A DNA stretch of 64,000 nt from an uncultured virus (IMG/VR IMGVR_UViG_3300017970_000189) (lineage: Duplodnaviria; Heunggongvirae; Uroviricota; Caudoviricetes): the IMG/VR virus record IMGVR_UViG_3300017970_000189, one strand, 5' to 3'. Position 1 is the stretch's first letter. Each line of letters opens with the position of its first letter. Of the stretch, positions 47,106-53,700 are shown piece by piece. The notes below the pieces were generated by a model. That model searched no databases. It saw only the letters and a list, made by a program, of their open reading frames with translations, and was not told the DNA's origin. The position numbers and the translations under genes were made by a program.

Positions 47106-47849
47106 CTACCAAAGCGGGCTGGCAGGCCGATTCGTGAACATCGGAACTCCCAGAGGATCCAGAGGTTCTTGTTTTGGAGCAAGGATGATTTGAGGCACTT
47201 GATCTCGCTTTTGCGAATCGATCTCGACGACGACCACCCCATGATTGGGTTTGTAGTCCTCGCCACAGATCGCCGCATTTACAAAAAGCGTCCTCCCTTG
47301 CACCGCCATCCCGTAACTCAGATGGATATGCCCAAAGGTATGAAGCCTCGGCTTCACCCGCTTCGTCACCACCTCATAGAGATCCCCACAACCGACATGC
47401 TCCCCGTCCAGGTTGCGATCGAGGATCCGAAGCGGAGGCGTGTGCGTCACCAGAATGTCGATCCCATTCGGGATCTTGTTCCACTTCTCCCTTAGTCTAT
47501 GACCCCGAGGGAGATTGAAAGCCCACCTCATGAACTCAGGCTGCCAGGGCGACCCATAGATCTTCAGCCCTTCCACCTCGACCATGTTGTCTTCGAGGTA
47601 GATCATGTCCTTCCTGAGCATCGACTGTCCCAGATTCGGATTCTTCTGGAAGATCCAGTCGTGATTCCCGGGGACGAAGATCTTGTATTTGTATGGAAGC
47701 TTGTCGAACCACTCCACGAACGCCCCCACCTCATTCAGCTTCCCCCGGAAGGTCGCGTCTCCGGAGTGGATCACCATGTCGGCTTCTGGCATCTTGATTT
47801 TATATTGCAGATGCATGAGGTGTGTATCGGACATCAACGCAATTTTCAT
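47106..47849 (-). CDS. calcineurin-like metallophosphoesterase
   Basis: SDTH, HSGD, PGNHD, THTPP, FGHIH. Confidence 0.92.
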   Translation of the reverse strand: MKIALMSDTHLMHLQYKIKMPEADMVIHSGDATFRGKLNEVGAFVEWFDKLPYKYKIFVPGNHDWIFQKNPNLGQSMLRKDMIYLEDNMVEVEGLKIYGSPWQPEFMRWAFNLPRGHRLREKWNKIPNGIDILVTHTPPLRILDRNLDGEHVGCGDLYEVVTKRVKPRLHTFGHIHLSYGMAVQGRTLFVNAAICGEDYKPNHGVVVVEIDSQKRDQVPQIILAPKQEPLDPLGVPMFTNRPASPLW

Positions 47850-47875
47850 ACTAAAACCAGTCTACCTTTCAAATT

Positions 47876-47961
47876 TGGCGGAGGCGAGAGGACTTGCACC
47901 TCCCCGCCTGTTACAGCGCCTCGCTTCCAACGAGGGGGGCCTCCTGCTGCCCAACGCCTCC
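47876..47961 (-). tRNA. tRNA-Ser(GGA)
   Basis: loop TT-GGA-AG; T-loop TGCAAGT. Confidence 0.8.
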
Positions 47962-47968
47962 GAATTTT

Positions 47969-48058
47969 TGGAGGAGACGGCGCGACTTGCACGCGCGCCC
48001 CAGTTTCCCGGGTCCGACGCTTTCAAGGCGTAGTGGCACGCTCACTGCCTTCGTCTCC
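47969..48058 (-). tRNA. tRNA-Ser(TGA)
   Basis: loop CT-TGA-AA; T-loop TGCAAGT. Confidence 0.8.
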
Positions 48059-48152
48059 TGGCGGAGGGCGGAAGTCTTGATCTCCACACCCGGGTTGACC
48101 GAATGCCATCCGCTTTCGAGGCGGCGGTGGGCTCCCACCCACTTCACCCTCC
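48059..48152 (-). tRNA. tRNA-Ser(CGA)
   Basis: loop CT-CGA-AA, V arm. Confidence 0.78.
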
Positions 48153-48223
48153 ATAAGGCGCGAGGAAGGCTTGGACGGCTCCGTGTCTTGGAGTACCGGA
48201 TCAACACATCCTCGCGCAAAGCT

Positions 48224-48298
48224 TGGTACCTGCGGCCGGACCTGCCCCGGCATCCTCCGCTTATGAGACGGATGCACTTCTCATTGTGCTACGCAGGC
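48224..48298 (-). tRNA. tRNA-Met(CAT), elongator- or Ile2-like
   Basis: loop CT-CAT-AA; T-loop GGCAGGT. Confidence 0.75.
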
Positions 48299-48334
48299 AT
48301 GTGATAGAATAGTTCCTGAAGTGACCCGCCCTTG

Positions 48335-48364
48335 AGCCCCGGGATGTTCCCGGGGCTTTTTTTT
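48335..48364 (+). terminator. intrinsic terminator oriented against the tRNA array
   Basis: AGCCCCGGGA-TGT-TCCCGGGGC followed by a T-tract. Confidence 0.65.
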
Positions 48365-48437
48365 GGAGCCGCCATCCCGAATTGCACGGGAACCGCCTCG
48401 CTACAAGGGAGGCAGACTACTTTTATCCTATGGCGGC
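48364..48437 (-). tRNA. tRNA-Thr(TGT)
   Basis: loop CT-TGT-AG. Confidence 0.78.
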
Positions 48438-48443
48438 CAATTA

Positions 48444-48519
48444 TGGAGCCGGCGGCGGGTGTTGATCCCGCACCTCAGCATTACCAATGCCGTGTACAGA
48501 GCCGCTATACTACGCCGGC
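48444..48519 (-). tRNA. tRNA-Thr(GGT)
   Basis: loop TT-GGT-AA. Confidence 0.8.
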
Positions 48520-48536
48520 GAAATCAATCGAGAGAT

Positions 48537-48610
48537 TGGTGGGCACGGGTGGAATCGAACCACCGATTCCTCGATGTCATCGAGGCGGGTTACCTCTATC
48601 CCACGCGCCC
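48537..48610 (-). tRNA. tRNA-Val(GAC)
   Basis: loop AT-GAC-AT. Confidence 0.85.
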
Positions 48611-48688
48611 TGGTCGGGCTCCGCGGACTTGCACCGCGCTTAACTCCTGTACCCCAAACAGGCGGGTCGCTATCTACCCCTGAGCCCG
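48611..48688 (-). tRNA. tRNA-Pro(GGG)
   Basis: loop TT-GGG-GT. Confidence 0.82.
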
Positions 48689-48696
48689 GATTTTTT

Positions 48697-48772
48697 TGGA
48701 GGGACCGCGGGGAATCGAACCCCGTCTGAGTGGGCCACGGCCACTCGTGCAAAACCATTACACTTCGGCCCC
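48697..48772 (-). tRNA. tRNA-His(GTG)
   Basis: loop CC-GTG-GC, extra 5' G. Confidence 0.8.
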
Positions 48773-48778
48773 AAATCT

Positions 48779-48853
48779 TGGTCCGCCTAGAAGGAGTCGA
48801 ACCTTCGTCGTTCGGTTATCAACCAAATGCTCTGACCGTTGAGCTACAGGCGG
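48779..48853 (-). tRNA. tRNA-Ile(GAT)
   Basis: loop TT-GAT-AA. Confidence 0.85.
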
Positions 48854-48884
48854 TTCTATTTTTGACCTACACGCCGTGAAAAGT

Positions 48885-48924
48885 TGGACCGGGTAGCGGG
48901 AATCGAACGCTCCTCGCCACGTTG
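48885..48924 (-). pseudogene. 3' half of interrupted tRNA (Gly-like, U73)
   Basis: CAACGTGG..TTCGATT..TACCCGG-T-CCA; pairs with the 5' half at 49573-49604. Confidence 0.75.
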
Positions 48925-48929
48925 AATTT

Positions 48930-49005
48930 TGGAGCGGGTGATGGGATTCGCACCCACGATCTGCTCGTTGGCAACGAGCCGTGTTGGCTCCTACACTACA
49001 CCCGC
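48930..49005 (-). tRNA. tRNA-Gly(GCC)
   Basis: loop TT-GCC-AA, U73. Confidence 0.88.
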
Positions 49006-49535
49006 ATATTTGGCCGTCGAGGACGTCCATTCCCCTTGTTAAGTGCTCCGTAGTTCGGAGTTAGGGAGTGACAGTTTGGACAGATAAGCTCAAGATTTCT
49101 TGGTGAAGAATCCCTCCACTTTCCGTTCTTATGGTTTACCGTCAGAGGAACTTTCCCCGTCGTAGGATTCACAACACCCCAGCCGCACTTCTCGCACTTC
49201 GACTTGTTCTTCTCGTATAGATAGCGACGAATAGGGTTCGCAATTGACTGCCCTCTGGTTCCGTCCTCCTCACCCCTGAGCCACCGCTTGATAAAGCCCC
49301 TGTAAACAAACTCCCGATAACATCTCGGAGAGCAGTAGTCATTATCCTTATGACGATCTGTGGTATCACTTCCACAAGATCGGCACTTTGGCCTCTTTCT
49401 CAGCGGCCTTGCTGTTGAGATCCCGAACTTTGCCGCCCAGTATCGGATATTTGCGATGGAGCACCTCAACTTAGTTGCAGCCCCCTGTAGCGTATGCCTC
49501 TGCTTGAGAGCGCGTCTAAGAACCGAGCACTTCAT
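48996..49535 (-). CDS. HNH homing-type endonuclease
   Basis: YCSPRC, CEKCGW, LTVNHKNG, NLELICPNCHSLT; lower GC. Confidence 0.88.
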   Translation of the reverse strand: MKCSVLRRALKQRHTLQGAATKLRCSIANIRYWAAKFGISTARPLRKRPKCRSCGSDTTDRHKDNDYCSPRCYREFVYRGFIKRWLRGEEDGTRGQSIANPIRRYLYEKNKSKCEKCGWGVVNPTTGKVPLTVNHKNGKWRDSSPRNLELICPNCHSLTPNYGALNKGNGRPRRPNMRV

Positions 49536-49572
49536 GATATTGTTATAGCATAAATGGTGTGGTCGTACAAAT

Positions 49573-49604
49573 AACGTTGCACATTACCACTATGCTATAC
49601 CCGG
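49573..49604 (-). pseudogene. 5' half of interrupted tRNA (Gly-like)
   Basis: CCGGGTA-TA-GCATAGTGGTAATGT-G-CAACG-TT. Confidence 0.75.
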
Positions 49605-49613
49605 ATTAATTTT

Positions 49614-49689
49614 TGGCTGGGGCGGAAGGGCTCGAACCTTCATAGCGGGGTCCAAAGTCCCGCGTCCTACCAAATTAGACGACACCCCA
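49614..49689 (-). tRNA. tRNA-Gln(TTG)
   Basis: loop CT-TTG-GA. Confidence 0.88.
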
Positions 49690-49690
49690 C

Positions 49691-49782
49691 TGGTGCATGG
49701 GAGAGGATTCGAACCTCCAAGCCTTTCGGCGGGCGGGTTACAGCCGCTTGAGCTCGTTGTCCCAGACCTGCTCAGCCCATGC
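49691..49782 (-). tRNA. tRNA-Tyr(GTA)
   Basis: loop CT-GTA-AC, V arm, enlarged D loop. Confidence 0.82.
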
Positions 49783-49793
49783 AGATGAAGATT

Positions 49794-49869
49794 TGGTGGA
49801 ACCGACCGGCATCGAACCGGCAACCTCCTGCTTGCAAGGCAGGCGCTCTCCCAATTGAGCTACGGCCCC
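49794..49869 (-). tRNA. tRNA-Ala(TGC)
   Basis: canonical; G3:U70. Confidence 0.93.
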
Positions 49870-49877
49870 AGGGATAG

Positions 49878-49952
49878 TGGTGGATCCAGAGGGAGTTGCA
49901 CCCTCACTTCCGCGATGCGAACGCAGCGGTCTCCTGTTGATCCTATGGACCC
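49878..49952 (-). tRNA. tRNA-Ala(CGC)
   Basis: loop TT-CGC-AT; G3:U70. Confidence 0.82.
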
Positions 49953-49996
49953 AGACTAAGAGATTTGAAAGAGGAAGAAGTCTGCGCTTGAAACCG

Positions 49997-50179
49997 CTAA
50001 GGTACTCCGGTCACCGGCCCCAGAACCGGAGGATACCCGAACTCGGGAACGACTCCCGGTCCGGCCACTCCGATGTCCGGACCTACTGAGCTCGGAGGAG
50101 AGATCCCAAGTGCAACGCCGATGACGGGCGGATAAATATCGGGACCCACCCCACCGATGACGCCCAATTGTGGATTCAT
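49997..50179 (-). CDS. Pro/Gly/Val-rich peptide with VGPDI repeats
   Basis: SD gagg; SSVGPDIGV shared with 50188..50550. Confidence 0.55.
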   Translation of the reverse strand: MNPQLGVIGGVGPDIYPPVIGVALGISPPSSVGPDIGVAGPGVVPEFGYPPVLGPVTGVP

Positions 50180-50187
50180 GATAACCT

Positions 50188-50550
50188 CTAAAGAATGAAC
50201 GGAGGGTTGTTCGGTCCTGTTGGCCCCAGGGTCGGAGGTTCAGGAGTCGTATCCGGCGGAAACCCCTGAAAGACGAACACTCCAAAATCAGGACCTGGAG
50301 CATCCGGGTTGGCTGGAGGAACCGTTTGAGCCTGTCCCACGATCGGAGGAAGCATGGACTGGTCGATCGGCGTCACGCTGACGCTCGTATCCACCCCGAT
50401 ATCCGGTCCTACACTTGAAGCAGGCTGCAGACCTTCGACAGGACCAACGTCACTGAAAAAGAACTCGTCTTCCGGCGTGACGCTTGGACCCTCGGGACCC
50501 AAGCCGGGCCCGATGATGCTCGCGCTTTCTGGTTCCTCGATCTCATCCAT
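50188..50550 (-). CDS. acidic Pro-rich protein with GPD repeats (IVGQ)
   Basis: start reassigned to MDEIEE. Confidence 0.55.
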   Translation of the reverse strand: MDEIEEPESASIIGPGLGPEGPSVTPEDEFFFSDVGPVEGLQPASSVGPDIGVDTSVSVTPIDQSMLPPIVGQAQTVPPANPDAPGPDFGVFVFQGFPPDTTPEPPTLGPTGPNNPPFIL

Positions 50551-50591
50551 ACCATAATGATAGCCGCCACTTCCCTGAAAAACCACGATTT

Positions 50592-50900
50592 TTAAGGCCC
50601 TGGCCAGTAACAAGTCCCGCACCGATCCATTCCGGCCATGAAGAGAAGGATGTACTTATTTCCTCTCTCAAGGCACCTTGGACAGAACCGGATCTCCCTG
50701 GTCGAACCGGGCAGAAGGGATTCCCTGATCTCCCAGATATGAAGCTCATGCGTCTTCGCCGCCGCCTCGTCTCCAGCCCGACCGAGCGATCGATGAGCCT
50801 CCGCGGCGATCCCCCGCCATTCCGTCTCGGACTGCGGAAGCTTCTCAGCCAGCCTTGCGAACGTGGTCGTCGCCATCTCAAGCTCCCTCTCTAGGAACAT
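50592..50900 (-). CDS. hypothetical Zn-ribbon protein
   Basis: FCPRC..RCGTCYWP. Confidence 0.55.
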   Translation of the reverse strand: MFLERELEMATTTFARLAEKLPQSETEWRGIAAEAHRSLGRAGDEAAAKTHELHIWEIRESLLPGSTREIRFCPRCLERGNKYILLFMAGMDRCGTCYWPGP

Positions 50901-50938
50901 TGAATAGGACGACAAGCGAGGCTGATTATGACGTTTTC

Positions 50939-51012
50939 TGGTGGACCCACGGGGAGTCGCACCCCGGTTTCGACAATGCCATTGTCGCGTGATCCTGCTT
51001 CACCATGGGCCC
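50939..51012 (-). tRNA. tRNA-Ala(GGC)
   Basis: loop AT-GGC-AT; G3:U70. Confidence 0.82.
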
Positions 51013-51018
51013 AAATTT

Positions 51019-51092
51019 TGGTGCCGCCCCCGGGTAACGCTCCCGGTCCACCGGCTTTTCAGACCAGTGTGCAACTTCTACACCAGAGCGGC
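51019..51092 (-). tRNA. tRNA-Phe(GAA)
   Basis: loop CT-GAA-AA; T-loop AGCGTTA. Confidence 0.78.
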
Positions 51093-51098
51093 AGATCT

Positions 51099-51172
51099 TG
51101 GTTCCCACGCCTGGACTCGAACCAGGATAATCAGATCCAGAGTCTGCTGTGTTACCGTTACACTACGTGGGA
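51099..51172 (-). tRNA. tRNA-Gln(CTG)
   Basis: loop CT-CTG-GA. Confidence 0.88.
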
Positions 51173-51186
51173 GTACAACAGAAGCT

Positions 51187-51262
51187 TGGCACCACCGAGG
51201 AGACTCGCACTCCCTAACACCGGCTTGACAAGCCGGCGGCTCGACTCTTTGCCTTCGGTGGT
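51187..51262 (-). tRNA. tRNA-Asp(GTC)
   Basis: loop TT-GTC-AA, G73. Confidence 0.82.
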
Positions 51263-51263
51263 A

Positions 51264-51335
51264 TGGCGGGCCGTGGAGGTGCCGCCCCTCCCTTCCCGGT
51301 TTTGGAGACCAGGATGATCTCTGGATCACGACCCG
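51264..51335 (-). tRNA. tRNA-Trp(CCA)
   Basis: loop CT-CCA-AA, G73; atypical T-loop. Confidence 0.75.
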
Positions 51336-51340
51336 GACGA

Positions 51341-51459
51341 TGGCCCTAGAAAGTGGGCTCCCTGGTGGTCAGTTATTCCCCGGCTGGGACCACTCCGCGG
51401 CATGCCGGGCCAGATGCTGCCTGCACAGGAGCCCGTTGGCAGCCCACGGCCTAGGGCCA
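51341..51459 (-). ncRNA. candidate ~120-nt structured RNA
   Basis: terminal 9-bp IR TGGCCCTAG/CTAGGGCCA and inner GTGGGCT/AGCCCAC stem. Confidence 0.45.
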
Positions 51460-51465
51460 TCAAAT

Positions 51466-51924
51466 CTAGTTCGAACCATTCTTACGAAAGAGGATCTTGG
51501 CGCGCTCGTCTTCCGCCCGATCGATGGCTTCGCGCATGACCTTGAACCCGATGTCCGCCAGGATCACCCGAACTCCCTGCCAGACCACCGGCTGACCATG
51601 GACAAGATCTTCGAAATCTTTCGTTGCAAGAATGAGCCGGACCTCCTCCTTGGGAACGACGACAGGCTCTTCCACAACAGACTTCGGAGGAGGAGGCGGA
51701 AGAAGAGCCATCCTGCTGACCGGCTTTTCCTCTATGGTGGCATGCACCGGGGAAGGCATTGCCGGAAAAGCTTGACCTGGACGGCGCCTCTGCCGGCACG
51801 GGAAACAGCGCCTGGGCATCGAAAAACCCTGGATGCTCTTCATCAGTTCTTCGAACCTGACCTTTTCCGACGCCGTGATGACAAACGTCTGACCGCAATC
51901 AATACAGACCAGTGGACCCATCAA
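51466..51924 (-). CDS. zinc-ribbon (zf-trcl-like) domain protein
   Basis: LVCIDCGQTFVIT..E..F..GF..PRRCFPCR. Confidence 0.75.
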   Translation of the reverse strand: MMGPLVCIDCGQTFVITASEKVRFEELMKSIQGFSMPRRCFPCRQRRRPGQAFPAMPSPVHATIEEKPVSRMALLPPPPPKSVVEEPVVVPKEEVRLILATKDFEDLVHGQPVVWQGVRVILADIGFKVMREAIDRAEDERAKILFRKNGSN

Positions 51925-51946
51925 GGATCTCCTTTCTTATTTTTCT

Positions 51947-52021
51947 TGGACCGGGCGACGGGAATCGAACCCGCCATCTTCTCCTTGGGAAGGAGACGTG
52001 TTACCGATACACCACGCCCGG
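51947..52021 (-). tRNA. tRNA-Gly(CCC)
   Basis: loop TT-CCC-AA, U73. Confidence 0.9.
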
Positions 52022-52028
52022 GGAAGGT

Positions 52029-52346
52029 TTAATCGAAGCTTCGAGATTCCCATTCGTCTAGAGCTCGGTGAATGGTGGAAACCAGTTCTGGATTCGTCGG
52101 GTCCTGCCAGATATCCGGACCGACATCGAGATAGCGGACCTTGTAGAGCTGATCATGAGGGACAAAGGTCGGCTCCCAGTGATGCATGATCACGATCCGG
52201 TCCGCCCATTCCGAAAGCTGATCGATCGGATCGGGAAAGTTGCTCTGCCAGCCGGATGCCATCGCGTTGTGTCCGCGACTCTTGAGAGCGGTTGCGCAGG
52301 CCACGCTCCGCGTATTTCCCCCGGCACAGATGCACAGGAATTTCAT
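52029..52346 (-). CDS. low-molecular-weight PTP-family phosphatase
   Basis: FLCICAGGNTRS (Cx5RS); WADRIVIM. Confidence 0.82.
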   Translation of the reverse strand: MKFLCICAGGNTRSVACATALKSRGHNAMASGWQSNFPDPIDQLSEWADRIVIMHHWEPTFVPHDQLYKVRYLDVGPDIWQDPTNPELVSTIHRALDEWESRSFD

Positions 52347-52597
52347 GGCCCGAATACTTTGGTCTCCAGCCCCTCATCCTTTTCAGGCACCCACCCGACC
52401 AGCCTGACCTTCTCATCAAACGTGCAGTAGAGCCCGGGGCACCGCACGTTCGCCAACACCCAGCCGTCCTCGGCGATCTCCTGGGTAATCAAGCCCACAT
52501 CGCCACATACCGGGCAGGCAAACAGGATACGCCTTTTCCCGGTATTCCACAAATTCCACGTCCCGGGTGGAAGCAGCGGATTCTTACCCAAATCCAT
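52343..52597 (-). CDS. hypothetical Zn-binding protein
   Basis: CPVCG..CPGLYC. Confidence 0.6.
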   Translation of the reverse strand: MDLGKNPLLPPGTWNLWNTGKRRILFACPVCGDVGLITQEIAEDGWVLANVRCPGLYCTFDEKVRLVGWVPEKDEGLETKVFGP

Positions 52598-52668
52598 CAG
52601 GGCCTCCGAACGGCCCCGGTCGCACTTCTATTCTATTCGGCAGAATGCGACATGACACGGAGAATTTT

Positions 52669-52742
52669 TGGACGGCCTGACGGGTACCGCCCCCGCGTCC
52701 CCTGGGTGGAAACCAGGCGCTCTACTATTGAGCTACAGGCCG
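52669..52742 (-). tRNA. tRNA-Gly(TCC)
   Basis: loop TT-TCC-AC, U73; T-loop GGCGGTA. Confidence 0.8.
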
Positions 52743-52750
52743 AAATGGAA

Positions 52751-53100
52751 TGGTGGACCCGCCGGGAGTCGCACCCGGGTCTCAGCCAAGTCGTCAGGGG
52801 CGTCTACGCGCGTAGGCGGCGATTTCTTCTCGGCCTCGGCGCGGGCACCGCCGCCCTCGCTTCGGCCATATTCCGGATTTGATCTCGGCTTCCTTCTCCC
52901 GGACTCTTCAGAATGCCCAGCCGATTATTAACGTCCTTCCATGCCGATCGGCGTAGACACGGCGGACGTCGCGGTCAGGCCGCGAGAGCGAGGCTGCCCT
53001 TGGCAGTTGATTGTTTAGCCGGCTTTTAGCCTGGCCAACCGGCCAACCAGGACGCGCAGCTTGCCTTTCTCCTTAGTTGATCGAAATCTAGTTCGGGCCC
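52751..53100 (-). ncRNA. ssrA: tmRNA, tag peptide (A)AKGSLALAA*
   Basis: GGGCCCG/CGGGUCC-ACCA with G3:U70; AAUCAACU then GCC resume codon; tag ORF 53004-52975. Confidence 0.92.
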
Positions 53101-53104
53101 ATCT

Positions 53105-53378
53105 TGGAGCAGTATACCCTGCTCCCTCTCTAGAACAAGTTTTTCGCGATGGGCTTGACCTTCCCCATCTGCGGGATAGAATGAAGAGCTCGGGGGGCCA
53201 GCCTTTCCCAGGCCGGCCCCCCGGCTCGTTGTGCTCTTTGGACTTCAGCCCGATTGTCAAAACGCGGCGTCTTAACCACGCCGCACGCTTCTCGTCACGC
53301 CGCCGGCCAAGGCCGTTGCATCGTGCCGAGGACTTCAGTCGCCGCCCGTCAGCTCCTTCACCGGGGCTGACGGGCAAA
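53105..53378 (-). ncRNA. candidate structured RNA between the attenuator and tmRNA
   Basis: five strong hairpins; CTGAAGTCC occurs twice. Confidence 0.4.
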
Positions 53379-53396
53379 ATTTTTCGCCCCTACAAC

Positions 53397-53433
53397 AAAA
53401 AAACCCCGCGTCCTCTTCAGGGCGCGGGGTTTT
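53397..53433 (-). terminator. intrinsic terminator (attenuator)
   Basis: CCCCGCGCCCU-GAAG-AGGACGCGGGG-U7. Confidence 0.85.
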
Positions 53434-53448
53434 GATTTTCGGTCCTGT

Positions 53449-53616
53449 TTACGCCACCGTCACCCCCGCGCCCTTTCTCGCCTGTTCGGTGGCTCGAATC
53501 TCGGTGGGCTTCCAATTCGTACCGAGATAATCCACAAACTGGCGATCGACTGACAGACTGTGGCTCCCTGGCAAGGATCGTCCTTGCGGTCGCCTGAGTA
53601 ACGATGTCAGTCGCAT
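53449..53616 (-). CDS. 55-aa putative attenuator leader peptide (not in ORF track)
   Basis: MRLTSLLRRPQGRSLPGSHSLSVDRQFVDYLGTNWKPTEIRATEQARKGAGVTVA*; last codons contain the antiterminator. Confidence 0.6.
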   Translation of the reverse strand: MRLTSLLRRPQGRSLPGSHSLSVDRQFVDYLGTNWKPTEIRATEQARKGAGVTVA

Positions 53617-53663
53617 GATCACGGAAGGTCGTGCTCCTTCTTGAATCCTTTGCTTACTCCAAC

Positions 53664-53692
53664 AGCTTATACGCCGAAAGGTTCGCTGTCAA
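53664..53692 (-). promoter_or_regulatory. sigma70-like promoter of the RNA-gene island
   Basis: TTGACA-17 nt-TAAGCT. Confidence 0.7.
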
Positions 53693-53700
53693 GCGGAAAA

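Noticed and set aside
48925..49572. Group I intron in the split tRNA
   Set aside because: The insert is fully occupied by a promoter-like sequence, the HNH ORF and an intact tRNA, leaving no room for a ribozyme core
40079..53435. Many short ORFs overlapping tRNA, rnpB and ssrA genes
   Set aside because: Better explained by the RNA genes
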